This document shows, in pieces, positions 1 to 11,424 of a stretch of 64,000 nucleotides of DNA; positions within the stretch are counted from its first letter, which is position 1; each line of letters begins with the position of its first letter. The position numbers and the translations under genes were made by a program. The notes below the pieces were generated by a model. The model ran no database searches, was not told the DNA's origin, and saw only the letters and a list, made by a program, of their open reading frames with translations. The DNA is from an uncultured Acidobacteriota bacterium (lineage in GTDB: Bacteria > Acidobacteriota > Blastocatellia > RBC074). Location: NCBI GenBank assembly GCA_903862855.1, contig CAIOZW010000046.1, positions 18,587 to 82,586 of the forward strand. The letters are read 5' to 3'.

Positions 1-1391
1 AGGACAATTCCCTCAATGAGAGTGGATTTATGATCCGCCGGCGAACCGATTCAGATTACACCTGGTCGGTAATCGGCCAGGTTTCAAGGGGGGTGACCAC
101 TTTCCAGCATAGCAGTCTGCGCCCGGGGATGACCTACTACTACTCGGTCATCGCCTTCAACCCAACGGGGGAGTCGGAGATGTCGAATGAGGCCATGGCG
201 AGAACGCCCGATTCCGGGCCGGCCGCACCAAGCCGACTCACGGCGACCATTAGTGGCATCAGTGAGGTTACACTGAACTGGCAAGACAATTCGAACGAGG
301 AGACCGGATATCGCATCTATCGTAGTCGGGGAGGTGGTGATGGATGGTCACGGGTGCAGACCGTGGGGGCGAATCTGACTTCACTGCGCATTGGCGGACT
401 CAATCCGGGAATGGTCTACTATTTTGCAGTCAGCACCGTCAATCGAACCGGCGAATCATCTCTCTCCAACGAGGTAAGTGCGATTACCGGGCTTCTACCG
501 CCAAATGCTCCATCGTCCTTGCAGGTGGCCCCGATGTCGACCTCGAAGATAACGATAAGTTGGCAGGACAATTCCGGCAATGAACTGGGATTCCGCCTCC
601 GTCGTCGCGCCGGGAATTCTTCGAGCTGGAGCATTCTCGCCGATATCGCAGCCAACTCGACTGGCTTTGATGACACGGGGCTCGATCCCGGAACGGTCTA
701 CCACTATCTGGTCACCTCCTTCAACACGGCCGGCGAATCAACGCTCTCGAGAGAGGTATGGGCCGAAACGCTGATCAACGATGGAGTCTCGGCACCGGAA
801 TGCCCAAGCGAACTGATCGCCATGGCGACCTCTAACTCAAGTGTTGAACTGCAGTGGGCAGACAACTCGACCAGGGAGATGGGCTTTCAGATCTGGAAGC
901 GGACAGAAGAGAAGAGCGATTGGAGACTGGCCGGGATGGTCGGTGCCGACACAACTCTCTACGAACTGGAAGATCTCACGCCAGGAGAGACCTACTCGTT
1001 TATGATCCGGGCATACAATGGTGGTGGAGAATCGGTCGACTCGAACAAGGTTGCGGTCATGATCCCCAAGATGAACTTCATCCCGCTCGGCAACAACCAG
1101 GTGATCAGTCGAACCATCGATCAATTCGAGAGTCTCTACTTCCGGCTCTATGCTCCGGTCGGGGTTCGTCAGCTGACGATCGAAAGCAGTGGTGACGGCA
1201 ACGTCGACCTCTACCTGCGGGCCGAGAACCAGCCGAATCGCCTCATCTTCAACTGTCGTTCGATGCGCAGTGGCTCTCAAGAGCGATGTACAGTGACTCT
1301 GCCGCAGGCCGGAAACTGGCATATTCTCGCCTACGGAAATTCTCCATTGACGAGTCGATTCACAATCAGCGCCAGCTATTCGATGAAGTAG
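1..1391 (+). CDS. 5'-partial secreted protein with tandem fibronectin type III repeats and a C-terminal pre-peptidase C-terminal (PPC)-like beta-sandwich domain. The frame is open to the window edge, so the gene continues upstream.
   Basis: Repeated FN3 signature (LxWxDNSxxExGYxIxR...W...V...T...GLxPGxxYyyxVxAxNxxGES) occurs at least 4 times. The frame has no stop upstream of the M at position 30. The C-terminal ~100 aa resemble a PPC/collagenase-type domain. Confidence 0.6.
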   Translation, partial: DNSLNESGFMIRRRTDSDYTWSVIGQVSRGVTTFQHSSLRPGMTYYYSVIAFNPTGESEMSNEAMARTPDSGPAAPSRLTATISGISEVTLNWQDNSNEETGYRIYRSRGGGDGWSRVQTVGANLTSLRIGGLNPGMVYYFAVSTVNRTGESSLSNEVSAITGLLPPNAPSSLQVAPMSTSKITISWQDNSGNELGFRLRRRAGNSSSWSILADIAANSTGFDDTGLDPGTVYHYLVTSFNTAGESTLSREVWAETLINDGVSAPECPSELIAMATSNSSVELQWADNSTREMGFQIWKRTEEKSDWRLAGMVGADTTLYELEDLTPGETYSFMIRAYNGGGESVDSNKVAVMIPKMNFIPLGNNQVISRTIDQFESLYFRLYAPVGVRQLTIESSGDGNVDLYLRAENQPNRLIFNCRSMRSGSQERCTVTLPQAGNWHILAYGNSPLTSRFTISASYSMK

Positions 1392-1411
1392 GGTTGGCCT
1401 TGACCATTGAC

Positions 1412-1454
1412 CGAAAGGGCCCGGTGAGGAACGATCCTCACCGGGCCCTTTCGC
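1412..1454. terminator. Bidirectional rho-independent-type hairpin between convergent genes.
   Basis: Perfect inverted repeat cgaaagggcccggtgagga/tcctcaccgggccctttcg with a 6-nt loop. It lies between the FN3 gene stop (1391) and the Gfo/Idh gene stop (1474). Confidence 0.6.
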
Positions 1455-1473
1455 TATTTCAATGCAACAACAC

Positions 1474-2715
1474 TCAGATCGCCTTCTCGCGTCGGGGATC
1501 CCAGCGCATATAACGCTGCTTCCGATAGGACTGGACAGCCATTCCAACGGCGACGACGGTGTGGTATCCAAGGTGAACATCACACTTGAGGGCGGCGCCA
1601 TTCCTGATTGCATCCTGAAGATTGCGATGATGAAGGGCGATGTCCTCTCCACCGGTCTTGACGTGGACGATCTCCGGCTTGCCCTCACCAAAGAGGCGTT
1701 GGGGGCGGATGGTGAAGCCGGTCCGGTTAAACTCGATCGTTCCTTCGTGACCGCGGATCACGTGGGGGATCGGGGTGTCATTGGCCATTGACGAGATGCA
1801 GATGACCGTTGGCCCACCCGGATAGTCACAGATCATATTGAAGGTGTCGGGAATCTCGGCGACACTCGAGCCAAACTGCCACTTTCCACCGGTGGCGACC
1901 ACCTTCTCCGGGAACTTGAGATCGATCGCCTTGAGCATGCGGGTCAGGCGATGGACGAAGAGATCGGTGGCAATACCACCTGAATAGTCCCAGTAACGTC
2001 GCCAGTGGAAGAAGCGATCCGGATCGAAGGGACGCTTGGGGGCCGAGCCGAGCCAGGCATTCCAGTCGAGGTTGACTCCAGGTTTGACATCCGGGTCCAT
2101 CCGGCCAACCCAGAAATCGTCACGGTGGTTGCGCGAGTAGTCGATCTGCGCCTGAACGACCTTGCCGATCGCCCCTTCCTTGATATATTTGCGGGCTGTC
2201 TCGTAGGAGTCATCGGACATTCCCTGGACTCCGACCTGCATCTTGACGCCGGTCTGCTCGATCTTTTTGACGACCTTTTTCCCTTCCTCGATCGACCAGG
2301 TCATCGGTTTTTCGCAGTAGATATGCTTTCCGGCATCCGCGGCATCGAGGGTCATTCGGGCGTGCCAATGCTCGGGGGTGACGATTGCCACATAGTCGAT
2401 GTCCTTCGATTCGAGGATCTGGCGATAGTCAGTGTAGGCCTTGGCTCCGGTCGCCTTGACGCCAAGATCGAGGTTTCGCTGGTAAACATCACAAACGGCA
2501 ACGATCTCGACATTGTCGGTACTCTTCATGCCGAGGAGAGCCGGGATATGGGCGCCACGGGCCAGTCCACCACATCCGATGACCCCGACTCGCAGCCGGT
2601 TGTTTGATCCCTGAATCCGATCACGGCTTGCCGCATAGGCGACCGTCGACGCGACCGTGCTCGACACAAATGCCCTTCTGGTGATTCTGTTCTGATCTTT
2701 CATTGCTGGTATCAT
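1474..2715 (-). CDS. Gfo/Idh/MocA-family NAD(P)-dependent oxidoreductase with a twin-arginine (TAT) signal peptide.
   Basis: N-terminal RRAFVSS...AYAA TAT-like leader. [18 protein letters not shown] Rossmann motif. Family-typical EKP...W core. Confidence 0.75.
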   Translation of the reverse strand: MIPAMKDQNRITRRAFVSSTVASTVAYAASRDRIQGSNNRLRVGVIGCGGLARGAHIPALLGMKSTDNVEIVAVCDVYQRNLDLGVKATGAKAYTDYRQILESKDIDYVAIVTPEHWHARMTLDAADAGKHIYCEKPMTWSIEEGKKVVKKIEQTGVKMQVGVQGMSDDSYETARKYIKEGAIGKVVQAQIDYSRNHRDDFWVGRMDPDVKPGVNLDWNAWLGSAPKRPFDPDRFFHWRRYWDYSGGIATDLFVHRLTRMLKAIDLKFPEKVVATGGKWQFGSSVAEIPDTFNMICDYPGGPTVICISSMANDTPIPHVIRGHEGTIEFNRTGFTIRPQRLFGEGKPEIVHVKTGGEDIALHHRNLQDAIRNGAALKCDVHLGYHTVVAVGMAVQSYRKQRYMRWDPRREKAI

Positions 2716-2872
2716 CCACGGGGAGAACAGATGAACAACCGGCCCCCCGTTGAATGGATCTCCTCTGTTAAAATGAAAATGGACGATTGATCTTTGGTAG
2801 ACAGATCCGAATGATATTACCTTTTCCGATCCAAAAGCTCCAGAAGCAATGACACCTGATTGCGGTTGACGG

Positions 2873-2902
2873 TTGCCACGAATTGCCGGGTGAAACTATA
2901 CT
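2873..2902 (+). promoter_or_regulatory. Candidate sigma70-type promoter upstream of aroC.
   Basis: TTGCCA, 18-nt spacer, TATACT, located ~40 nt upstream of the aroC start. Sequence-only inference. Confidence 0.3.
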
Positions 2903-2939
2903 CTCACTTTTGGAGTAGAGACACAGGAACAAGAGAGAC

Positions 2940-4115
2940 ATGTCAATTAACTTTACAACGGCAGGCGAGTCACACGGACGAGCGCTGGTGGCCACCGTCG
3001 AGGGGCTGCCGGCAGGGCTACCGATCGATATCGGTTACATAAATCACGAACTCTGGCGACGGCAGCAGGGATATGGTCGGGGAGGTCGGATGAAGATCGA
3101 GACCGACCAGGTCCAGATTCTGACCGGAGTTCGGCACGGCGAGACGATCGGATCGCCGATCGCGCTGATGGTCGAGAACCGTGATTTCAAGAACTGGCTG
3201 GAGGTAATGGCGGTGGAGCGGCCGGAGCAGCCACCAGAGCGTGATCGGAAGGTGATCCGTCCCCGGCCCGGGCACGCCGATCTGGTTGGTGGCCAGAAGT
3301 ACGACCGGCACGACCTGCGGGATATCCTGGAGAGGGCGAGTGCGCGGGAGACGACGATGCGGGTCGCCGTTGGCGCCTTGGCGCGGCTCTATCTGCGCCA
3401 GTTTGGGATCGAGCTGGCGAGCCACGTCATTCAGCTCGGAGAGATCAGCGTCAGCAATCCGCAGATTGGCTGGGAGGAGATCGTCTCACTCTACGATGAC
3501 ACCCATCTGCGGTGTGCCGATGCGGCGGCCAGTGCGCGGATGACCGAGCGGATCGACCAGGCAGGAGTGGCCGATGGCGACACGCTCGGCGGGATCTTTG
3601 AAGTCGTCGTGAAGGGCTGTCCACCCGGACTTGGCTCACATACCGGTTGGCTGGGCAAGCTCGACGGGCAACTTGCCCAGGCGATCATGTCGATTCACGC
3701 CGTGAAGGCCGTCGAGCTCGGCGAGGGAGTGGCCAATGCCGGCCGGCCTGGCTCACAGGTCCACGATGAGATCGGGTTTGACGGCGACGATCACCGTTTC
3801 TACCGCCTCTCGAACCGGGCCGGCGGACTTGAGGGGGGCATGACCAATGGTGAGGAGATCCGGGTCCGCGGCTATCTGAAGCCGATCGCGACTCTCCGCA
3901 AGCGGCTGAAGAGCGTCAACATCGAGACGAAAGAGCCGATGGAGTCGGACTTTGAGCGGTCGGATGTCACCGCCGTCCCGGCGGCCGGGGTGATTGGTGA
4001 AGCGATGGCGGCAATCGTCATTGCCCGTGCCTTCCGGGAGAAGTTCGGCGGGGATTCACTGGTTGAGACGCGCCGCAACCTCGAGGGATACCTTGCCCAA
4101 TTGAAGGAGTATTAA
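2940..4115 (+). CDS. aroC: Chorismate synthase.
   Basis: N-terminal FTTAGESHG...GRMKIETD and conserved chorismate-synthase motifs throughout. 391 aa. Confidence 0.9.
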   Translation: MSINFTTAGESHGRALVATVEGLPAGLPIDIGYINHELWRRQQGYGRGGRMKIETDQVQILTGVRHGETIGSPIALMVENRDFKNWLEVMAVERPEQPPERDRKVIRPRPGHADLVGGQKYDRHDLRDILERASARETTMRVAVGALARLYLRQFGIELASHVIQLGEISVSNPQIGWEEIVSLYDDTHLRCADAAASARMTERIDQAGVADGDTLGGIFEVVVKGCPPGLGSHTGWLGKLDGQLAQAIMSIHAVKAVELGEGVANAGRPGSQVHDEIGFDGDDHRFYRLSNRAGGLEGGMTNGEEIRVRGYLKPIATLRKRLKSVNIETKEPMESDFERSDVTAVPAAGVIGEAMAAIVIARAFREKFGGDSLVETRRNLEGYLAQLKEY

Positions 4116-4123
4116 CGAAAGCG

Positions 4124-4648
4124 ATGAAACTGCATATCGTAAAGTATGGTGATCCGGTTCTTCAGCGGGCCGGGGATGAGATCACCAATATCGACGGTGA
4201 GCTGGTAGGATTTATCGACAATATGTTCGAGACCATGTACGAAGCTCACGGTGTCGGCTTGGCCGCGCCGCAGGTGGCGTTGTCAAAGAAGCTTTTTGTC
4301 ATGGATGTCAGCAGCGGCAAGGAGAAGAAGGAACGGATCACCTGCATCAACCCACAGATCGTCGAGACGAAGGGAAAAGTGATCAGTGAAGAGGGTTGCC
4401 TGAGCTTTCCGGGGATCTATTTCGAGGTTGAGCGGCCGGAAGTGATCACCGTATCGGCACTCGATCTGCATGGCAGAGAGTTCACCTTCGAGGCATCCGG
4501 GCTGGCAGCGCGATGTGTGCTGCACGAGAACGACCATATCAACGGCAAGGTCTTCATCGAGTATCTGAGCCCACTCAAACGTGAACTGGTCGGTAAGAAG
4601 ATCAGAAAGCGGATCAAGGCCGGTGACTGGGATACTGAGTGGGATTGA
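4124..4648 (+). CDS. def: Peptide deformylase.
   Basis: The three PDF motifs are present: [16 protein letters not shown] and HENDHINGK. Confidence 0.9.
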   Translation: MKLHIVKYGDPVLQRAGDEITNIDGELVGFIDNMFETMYEAHGVGLAAPQVALSKKLFVMDVSSGKEKKERITCINPQIVETKGKVISEEGCLSFPGIYFEVERPEVITVSALDLHGREFTFEASGLAARCVLHENDHINGKVFIEYLSPLKRELVGKKIRKRIKAGDWDTEWD

Positions 4649-4675
4649 TCGACCGGCGATCACTCGACGAACCTT

Positions 4676-5623
4676 ATGAGACTGATCTACCTGGGAACAC
4701 CACAATTTGCCGTGCCGCCGCTTAAGAGTCTGATCGCCGCCGGTCACGAGATCCAGGCGGTGATTACTCAGCCTGACCGCCCGGTCGGGCGCAAGCAGAT
4801 ACTGACGCCACCGCCGGTAAAGGTGCTCGCGCTGGCCCACGGAATTCAGGTATACCAGCCGGAGAAGATCCGAACCCCTGAGGCGCGGGCGATCTTCGAG
4901 CCTCTCTTCAAGTCGGCCGAGGCAGCGGTCGTCGCTGCCTACGGTAGAATCCTGCCAGGCTGGATGCTCGAGGCTCCCCGTTGCGGTTGCCTCAACATCC
5001 ACTCTTCCCTGCTCCCAAAGTACCGGGGTGCGGCACCGATCAACTGGGCCATTGCCAGAGGTGAGAAAGTAACCGGAGTCACCCTCATGCAGATGGATGA
5101 GGGAATGGATACCGGGGCGATCATCGCCCAGCGAAGCGTCACAATTGGCCCGGAGGCGACGGCGGAGGAACTGACCCTGCGGCTCGCCGATCTGGGAGCG
5201 GAACTTTTGCTGGAGACCCTGCCCGCGATTGCCGACGGAAGAGTTGCGCCAGTCGCCCAGGACGACGCACAGGCGACCCTTGCCCCGATTCTCAAACGCG
5301 AGGATGGCGCAGTTGACTGGGAATTGACCGCGGAGCAGATCTGTCACCGGCGGCGCGGATTCACGCCCTTTCCCGGTTGCCACGCATTTCTCGGTGGACA
5401 ACGGTTGGAGCTGGTGACGATCAGCCCAACGGGGAATCCTTCGCTCCCGGGGGTGGCTCCAGGTACGATCACCCGGATCGAACGTGATTCATTCACCGTC
5501 AGATGCGGATCCGGGACTGAACTGCTGGTCATGGCCGTCCAGCCGGCTGGCAAGCGGGAGATGAGTGTACGCGATTTTCTGAACGGGTCGAAGCTGCAGC
5601 CCGGTGAACGGTTACAGGGATGA
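4676..5623 (+). CDS. fmt: Methionyl-tRNA formyltransferase.
   Basis: Formyltransferase N-domain with [21 protein letters not shown], plus a C-terminal Fmt domain. ATGA overlap with the downstream rsmB. Confidence 0.9.
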   Translation: MRLIYLGTPQFAVPPLKSLIAAGHEIQAVITQPDRPVGRKQILTPPPVKVLALAHGIQVYQPEKIRTPEARAIFEPLFKSAEAAVVAAYGRILPGWMLEAPRCGCLNIHSSLLPKYRGAAPINWAIARGEKVTGVTLMQMDEGMDTGAIIAQRSVTIGPEATAEELTLRLADLGAELLLETLPAIADGRVAPVAQDDAQATLAPILKREDGAVDWELTAEQICHRRRGFTPFPGCHAFLGGQRLELVTISPTGNPSLPGVAPGTITRIERDSFTVRCGSGTELLVMAVQPAGKREMSVRDFLNGSKLQPGERLQG

Positions 5624-6999
5624 TGGAGTCCGTCAGCCCAGCCAGACAATCCGCCTTCGAAATCCTCCTCCGTGTAGCAGTCGATGGATCATTTGCCACC
5701 CCACTGCTCGCCAGCCAACGCTACCGGAATCTCTCACGAGAAGACCATCACCTGCTGCATGAGTTGACGCTTGGAGTACTCCGGCGACAGGGCTGGCTCG
5801 ATTTTCTGATCGAGTACTTCGCAGATCGTCCGGTGAAGAGGCTCGATGCCGAGGTCGTCATTGCACTGCGGCTTGGGCTCTACCAGTTGCAGTTCCTGAA
5901 CCGTGTCCCCGCCCATGCAGCAATCAACGAGTCGGTCAATCTGGTCAGATTGGCGCGGAAGAAGAGTGCCGTGCCCTTCACCAATGCGATTCTGCGCAAG
6001 GCACAGCGTGATGGAAGCCGTGCGGAGCTGGCGCTGCCGGCCGATCCGCTTGCGCGGTTGAGCATCGTGGCCTCGACGCCGCGCTGGATCCTGGAGAGAT
6101 GGCAGCAGCGGTGGGGGGTCGAAGAGGCGAGTGCACTGGCGATCGAGAGCAACCTCGCGCCAAACATCGCCTTTCGTTACAACGAACAGATTTCGCCACG
6201 CACGACGACCGACCTCTGGCTGGGAGAGAATGGTATCATCACTCGACCGTCCGTTCTCGTCGCCGGTGGGGCAGTGATCGAACAGGGCAGTCTTTCCCCC
6301 CACGCAACTCCGATCAGTCAGAACTGGATCTATCTGCAGGAGGAGTCATCGCAATTGACGGCCCGGCTGGCCATCCCCACGGAGAGATTGGCCGATGCGT
6401 CTGGCCCGCCATCGGTCTGGGATGTCTGTGCCGCGCCCGGTGGGAAGAGCGCCCTCATTGCAACGCTCCTGCCACCGTCGAGCCGACAGGTCGCGACCGA
6501 TCTTCACCAATCACGGCTGCGGTTGATGCGGGACCTCTTCGTTCGCCAGGGGGTTGAGAATATCCATCTCGCGCAGGTCGACCTGACGACGGCGGCCCCC
6601 TTTGCCCCCGGGAGTTTCGACCAGATCCTCGTCGATGCACCCTGCAGTGGTCTCGGTACCATCCAGAAAAATCCCGAGATCAAATGGCGAATGTCACGGG
6701 AAAAGATCGACGAACTGGCCACCCAGCAACAACAGATTCTCGAAAGGGCCTCGGAATCGCTTCGCACGGGCGGACTTCTCACCTATTCTGTCTGCTCAAC
6801 GGAGAGTGAAGAGGGCGAAGAGGTGGTGCAGTGGTTTCGAGACCGGCATCAGTGTTACCGGGATGTGACCAGAGAGCGGCTGGTCGAGATCGGGATCGAT
6901 CCGGCGTCACTGCTCACCATTTCGCAGGGTGCGCGAACCTTTCCGCACCGCCACCATACCGAAGGTTTTTTTATCTGTGTACTCTGGAAAAGGAGCTAG
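5620..6999 (+). CDS. rsmB: 16S rRNA (cytosine-C5)-methyltransferase RsmB/Sun.
   Basis: NusB-like N-domain plus a SAM methyltransferase with DAPCSGLGT and a C-terminal catalytic Cys. Conserved def-fmt-rsmB synteny. Confidence 0.85.
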   Translation: MMESVSPARQSAFEILLRVAVDGSFATPLLASQRYRNLSREDHHLLHELTLGVLRRQGWLDFLIEYFADRPVKRLDAEVVIALRLGLYQLQFLNRVPAHAAINESVNLVRLARKKSAVPFTNAILRKAQRDGSRAELALPADPLARLSIVASTPRWILERWQQRWGVEEASALAIESNLAPNIAFRYNEQISPRTTTDLWLGENGIITRPSVLVAGGAVIEQGSLSPHATPISQNWIYLQEESSQLTARLAIPTERLADASGPPSVWDVCAAPGGKSALIATLLPPSSRQVATDLHQSRLRLMRDLFVRQGVENIHLAQVDLTTAAPFAPGSFDQILVDAPCSGLGTIQKNPEIKWRMSREKIDELATQQQQILERASESLRTGGLLTYSVCSTESEEGEEVVQWFRDRHQCYRDVTRERLVEIGIDPASLLTISQGARTFPHRHHTEGFFICVLWKRS

Positions 7000-7010
7000 A
7001 CCAGGCAATC

Positions 7011-8093
7011 ATGAAGAGCGAGTTGATGAGAGGACTTAATGTACCCGCGTTGAGCATTGTCGATGAGAATGGGCGAATACTGATCGAGGAGCAGCGGCGA
7101 CTGCTGCGCCATCTCGTCCAGGATGGTGCCGGAACCAATGTCATCTTTGGAGTCGGAACGACCGGCGAGTGGAACCGTCTGCGGAACGAAGAGCGACTGC
7201 GGGCGATGGAGGTAACGATCGATGAGGTCCGGGCGATAAACCAGAACCTTGGCACTTCGGTCGAATCCTGGGTTGGGGTCAACGGCAACACGCGGGCAGA
7301 GGTTCTCGCCAACCTCGAGGCGGCGATCCAGCTCGGCGCCGATGCGGCAGTGATTGCCCCGACCGCCATCGACGATCTGCACGTCGACGAGATGGTTCGA
7401 TACTTTCAGCGCGAGGTGACCGACCTGGTCGAAACGCAGTCTCGCGAGATCCCCATCTTCCTCTATGACAATGCTGACATCGCCTCGCCCGGCAATGTCC
7501 CACACATCCCAACCCAGGTGGTCAAGCAACTGAGCCGACTGCCATGGATCCGTGGCATCAAGGTCTCCGCCTCGATGCGTGAACTCGGTAACTACATGAA
7601 GGCCGCACTCCATTACAAACTGCCGGGCGAGTTTGGAGTCTACATTGGCAACGCCATGCTGGTCTTCGATCTATACCGCCCGAAGGACGGGATGATCGGG
7701 CGGTTGCAGGAGGGCTGGCACGAGTATCTGCTCAACTACTCGCCCCCGATCGGGGTGATCTCCGGACCGGGCAATGTTCTGCCCCGCGAGTGGCAGAAGG
7801 CCTGGCGTGTCTGCTGGGCGGGTGACGAAGAGATGATCGACCAATACCAGTCAATTTGCGGAAGATTTGATGAGATTGTCGTCTTCGATGAGGGCGGACG
7901 ATCTGTCTCAAAGATGCTCGCCGGTCTGAAATATGCCCTGGAAATCGACGGGATTGTCAGCAGCAGCCTCGTCGCCAAAGGAACTCCGGCACTGAGTGAA
8001 GAGCAGCGATCGATCTTTCGTGATCGCTATGCAGCGCTGCGCGAATCGATCCGGACGACGACCAGCCCACGCTGGCAGACCCGTCCGGCCTGA
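7011..8093 (+). CDS. DapA/DHDPS-family class I aldolase (dihydrodipicolinate synthase / N-acetylneuraminate lyase family). Substrate unknown.
   Basis: GVGTTGEW motif and an RGIKVSAS Schiff-base lysine motif. Start moved to the ATG at 7011; the ORF-track start at 6831 would overlap rsmB by 170 nt. Confidence 0.65.
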   Translation: MKSELMRGLNVPALSIVDENGRILIEEQRRLLRHLVQDGAGTNVIFGVGTTGEWNRLRNEERLRAMEVTIDEVRAINQNLGTSVESWVGVNGNTRAEVLANLEAAIQLGADAAVIAPTAIDDLHVDEMVRYFQREVTDLVETQSREIPIFLYDNADIASPGNVPHIPTQVVKQLSRLPWIRGIKVSASMRELGNYMKAALHYKLPGEFGVYIGNAMLVFDLYRPKDGMIGRLQEGWHEYLLNYSPPIGVISGPGNVLPREWQKAWRVCWAGDEEMIDQYQSICGRFDEIVVFDEGGRSVSKMLAGLKYALEIDGIVSSSLVAKGTPALSEEQRSIFRDRYAALRESIRTTTSPRWQTRPA

Positions 8094-8112
8094 TATACCT
8101 GCTTTCTGAGGA

Positions 8113-9861
8113 GTGAGGTTGATGATGAAAAGGTTGATCATTCTACTTCTGGTATTGACCGCGGGGGCATTCAACCACGCGGAGGCTCAGGAATTGCCAC
8201 GAGTCGTGCTGATTGGAGACTCGATCCGTCTCGGCTATGCTCCAATCGTGGCCAAAAGACTGGAGGGGCGGGCGCAAGTGATCACCGCAGAGCAGAATGG
8301 CGGTGACAGCAGTCGCGTGCGGGCCAACCTCGCGCAGTGGGCGATCTCGGTGAGACCACAGGTCGTGCACTTCAACGCCGGCCTGCATGACCTGAAGCTG
8401 CTCAAGGCAAGCGGGAGACATCAGGTGCCACTCGACCAGTACCGGGAGAACCTGCGTGAGATCGCCGCTCGGCTGCAAAGGGAGACTTCAGCGCGAATCA
8501 TCTTTGCCGCAACGACTCCGATCATCGACGTGCGACATGCCGCGCGCAAAGCCGATTTTGACCGTCTCGAGGCAGATGTCCGCCGTTACAATACGGCCGC
8601 AGGCGAAGTGATGCGCGAAACTGGCATTCCGATCAACGACCTTCACTGGTTGGTCGATCGCGCCGGCACGGAGAGGCTGCTGCTGAAGGATGGCACCCAC
8701 TACACCCCTGAAGGGTATGAGCTCCTCGCCAGTGCAGTAGCCGATTCGATCATCCGACAGCTGACCATTCTCAACTATCGTCCGCTGCCGCCGCAACCTG
8801 CAGGCCCGGAGGCCGCTGCCGCCTACCAGAAGGCGGAGAGAGATCGTGATGCGCTCGTCCCGGAGCGCTACCGGATCGAGGTACCCGACTTCCCGCTGCC
8901 AAAGAGTCGAGCCGAGTGGCCACGCCAGCGGAAGGAGGTCGAACGGATCGTCGCCGCCTCGCTCGGAAATCTTCCCCCAAGACCAGTCAGGCAGAGGGTG
9001 CGAACGATCGCCCGCGAGGATCATCACGAATTTATCCTCGAGCGGGTGGCGATCGATAATGGCGTCGATGGAGAGATCTCGGCGCTGCTGCTGATCCCGG
9101 CGAATCTCTCCGGCCCGGCACCAGCCGTGCTCTGGCTCCACTCCTCGACGCCGGACAAGACACAGATCATCATTCCCGGAACCAATGGCGGCGCCGATTC
9201 ACTTGGTCTGGCTCTGGTACGACGCGGTTATGTCGTCTTCTCGCCTGACTCTTACTGGCATGGTGAGCGGGCCGGTACCGGCCCGTCGGGGTCGGCCGAG
9301 ACCGGATTCAATGAACAGCAGAGCCTCTTCAAGTACCATCTCTGGCAGGGCCGGACTCTGTGGGGGATGTTTGTCCGTGATGACCGGATTGCGCTCGACT
9401 ATCTGACCGCGCGGCCCGAGGTCGATGCGCGACGCATCGGAGCGACCGGAATGAGCATGGGCAGTACCCGGGCCTGGTGGCTGGCCGCCCTCGACCAGCG
9501 GATCGCCGCAACGGTTGGAGTCGCCTGCCTGACCCGCTACGAGAACCTGATCAACCACGGGGAGCTCCGCCAGCACGGAGTCTACTACTTTGTCAACGAT
9601 CTGCTCCGCCACTTTGACACTGAAGGGGTCATCTCGCTGATTGCTCCGCGCCCCTACCTCGCCCTGACCGGTGAGATCGATGCCGGTTCACCAGCCGACG
9701 GTATCAGAATCATCGACCAGGAGATGTCGAAGCTCTACCGGACTCTCGGCGCTGCCGAACGCTTCAGGAATGTCATCTACCCGGGTGTCGCCCACAGTTA
9801 TACGCCGGAGATGCGGGCCGCCACCCTCGACTGGTTCGATCGCTGGTTGAAGACCCCCTAA
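8113..9861 (+). CDS. Secreted bifunctional esterase: N-terminal SGNH/GDSL hydrolase fused to a C-terminal alpha/beta-hydrolase of the dienelactone hydrolase / acetyl-xylan-esterase type.
   Basis: Signal peptide, then VVLIGDSIRLGY (SGNH block I). The C-terminal half has a GMSMGS nucleophile elbow and a His near the C-terminus. Confidence 0.65.
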   Translation: MRLMMKRLIILLLVLTAGAFNHAEAQELPRVVLIGDSIRLGYAPIVAKRLEGRAQVITAEQNGGDSSRVRANLAQWAISVRPQVVHFNAGLHDLKLLKASGRHQVPLDQYRENLREIAARLQRETSARIIFAATTPIIDVRHAARKADFDRLEADVRRYNTAAGEVMRETGIPINDLHWLVDRAGTERLLLKDGTHYTPEGYELLASAVADSIIRQLTILNYRPLPPQPAGPEAAAAYQKAERDRDALVPERYRIEVPDFPLPKSRAEWPRQRKEVERIVAASLGNLPPRPVRQRVRTIAREDHHEFILERVAIDNGVDGEISALLLIPANLSGPAPAVLWLHSSTPDKTQIIIPGTNGGADSLGLALVRRGYVVFSPDSYWHGERAGTGPSGSAETGFNEQQSLFKYHLWQGRTLWGMFVRDDRIALDYLTARPEVDARRIGATGMSMGSTRAWWLAALDQRIAATVGVACLTRYENLINHGELRQHGVYYFVNDLLRHFDTEGVISLIAPRPYLALTGEIDAGSPADGIRIIDQEMSKLYRTLGAAERFRNVIYPGVAHSYTPEMRAATLDWFDRWLKTP

Positions 9862-9903
9862 CCCGCCGAGATCAACTTCCAGCGACTCGCAGAGGAGAAT
9901 GAT

Positions 9904-11274
9904 ATGACCAGACTGTCCAGGGTAATCATGCACCGAATCGATCAACTGTCCGGGTTGAGTGCAGCCGGGACCACCATCTCGCGTGAGTTTCGGGCGGCCT
10001 TGACGACCTTTCTGGCCATGGCCTACATCCTCTTTGTCAATCCGCAGATTCTCGGCGCGGCAATCAACCTCCCCGGTTCAACCAACATTCCCGCGCAACT
10101 CCTCTCAGCGACAGCACTGGCCGCCGCCTTCGGATCGATCCTCATGGGCCTGCTGGCCCGTCTCCCGATTGCGCTCGCTCCCGGGATGGGGCTCAATGCC
10201 TACTTCACCTACACTGTCGTCCTCGGTCAGGGAATTCCCTGGCCGACGGCGCTTGGAGCGGTCTTTATCAGCGGTATCGTCTTTCTCATTCTCTCGGTGA
10301 GTGGTGTTCGGGAGGCGATCGTCAACGCCATTCCCCTCTCGATCAAAAGGGCGAGTGGCGCCGGGATTGGGATGTTTCTCGGCCTGATTGGCCTGCAGGC
10401 AGGCGGGGTCGTCATCGCCAATCCCGCGACGATGCTCGGTCTCGGCAACCTTGGCTCACCGCGGGCGCTGCTGGCCTTGGGAGGCCTGGTCCTCATCGCG
10501 GTCCTGCTGGTGAGAAGAGTTCCCGGCGCGATTTTGCTCGGCATCCTCCTGGTCTCGGTGGTCGCAGTCATCCTCAAGTTGCCGGTCTATGACGGAAAGG
10601 TTTTCACTGGTTTCAGCTCGATCGCCAGTTGGCCAGCCTGGCCGCGGGATCTCTTTGGCGCACTCGATCTGCGAGGTGCGTTCAGCGCGAACCTGAGCGG
10701 CGTGGTCGTGACCTTTCTCTTTGTCGCCTTCTTCGACACTGCCGGTACGCTGCTCGGCCTCGCCGAGGCGGCTGGTTTTACTGATGCGACAGGTCGTATG
10801 CGCCGGGCCGGAGCCGCCTTCAGTACCGACGCCCTCGCGACCTCATTTGGCGCGCTCTGCGGGACTTCGACGACAACGGCCTATATGGAGTCAGCCGCCG
10901 GAATCGAGGACGGAGGAAAGACCGGGCTCGTCGCCATCTTCACCGGGCTGCTCTTTCTCATCTCCCTCTTCTTCTGGCCCCTCGCCGCCGCTGTACCTGC
11001 AGCCGCAACTGCTCCAGCCCTGCTGATCGTCGGAGCCATGCTCATCGAAGCCGCCGGGCGAATCGACTGGCGCGATCACCTTGAATCGATCCCCGCGCTG
11101 GTGACCATGCTCTCCATGCCCTTCACCTTCAGCATCGCCAACGGTATCTCGCTCGGAATCATTACCCACGTCCTGATCTCACTCCTCGGTGGGAGATGGA
11201 GAGAGGTTCATCCGGTCATGTACCTTCTGGCCGTCATCCTCGCCATCAGGTACCTCTGGGCACCGGCCCACTGA
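9904..11274 (+). CDS. NCS2-family nucleobase permease (AzgA-like adenine/guanine/hypoxanthine transporter).
   Basis: About 12 TM segments. AzgA-family N-terminal FxxxLTTFLAMAYILxVNPxIL motif. Confidence 0.8.
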   Translation: MTRLSRVIMHRIDQLSGLSAAGTTISREFRAALTTFLAMAYILFVNPQILGAAINLPGSTNIPAQLLSATALAAAFGSILMGLLARLPIALAPGMGLNAYFTYTVVLGQGIPWPTALGAVFISGIVFLILSVSGVREAIVNAIPLSIKRASGAGIGMFLGLIGLQAGGVVIANPATMLGLGNLGSPRALLALGGLVLIAVLLVRRVPGAILLGILLVSVVAVILKLPVYDGKVFTGFSSIASWPAWPRDLFGALDLRGAFSANLSGVVVTFLFVAFFDTAGTLLGLAEAAGFTDATGRMRRAGAAFSTDALATSFGALCGTSTTTAYMESAAGIEDGGKTGLVAIFTGLLFLISLFFWPLAAAVPAAATAPALLIVGAMLIEAAGRIDWRDHLESIPALVTMLSMPFTFSIANGISLGIITHVLISLLGGRWREVHPVMYLLAVILAIRYLWAPAH

Positions 11275-11424
11275 ATCGATCGACCCCTGACCTCGCTTGC
11301 ATTGCCGATTCTACCAATTAAAATCTATACTCGTTCCCTTCACCTGCACCTTTTTGCGGAGAGCCATTCGGATATGATGACTCCGTGATGATAACTTCTG
11401 TTGATCGAGATCAATGAGGTCGAG

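Noticed and set aside
3018-3688. Multiple 60-135 aa ORFs antisense or offset within aroC, and similar ones inside def, fmt, rsmB, hyu and cox genes.
   Set aside because: Typical high-GC shadow ORFs, Arg/Pro/Ser-rich, fully inside well-supported genes.
6831-7010. Long N-terminal extension of the DapA-family ORF overlapping the rsmB 3' end.
   Set aside because: The extension is Arg/Ala-rich overlap-frame sequence. An internal ATG at 7011 gives a canonical DapA-family N-terminus.
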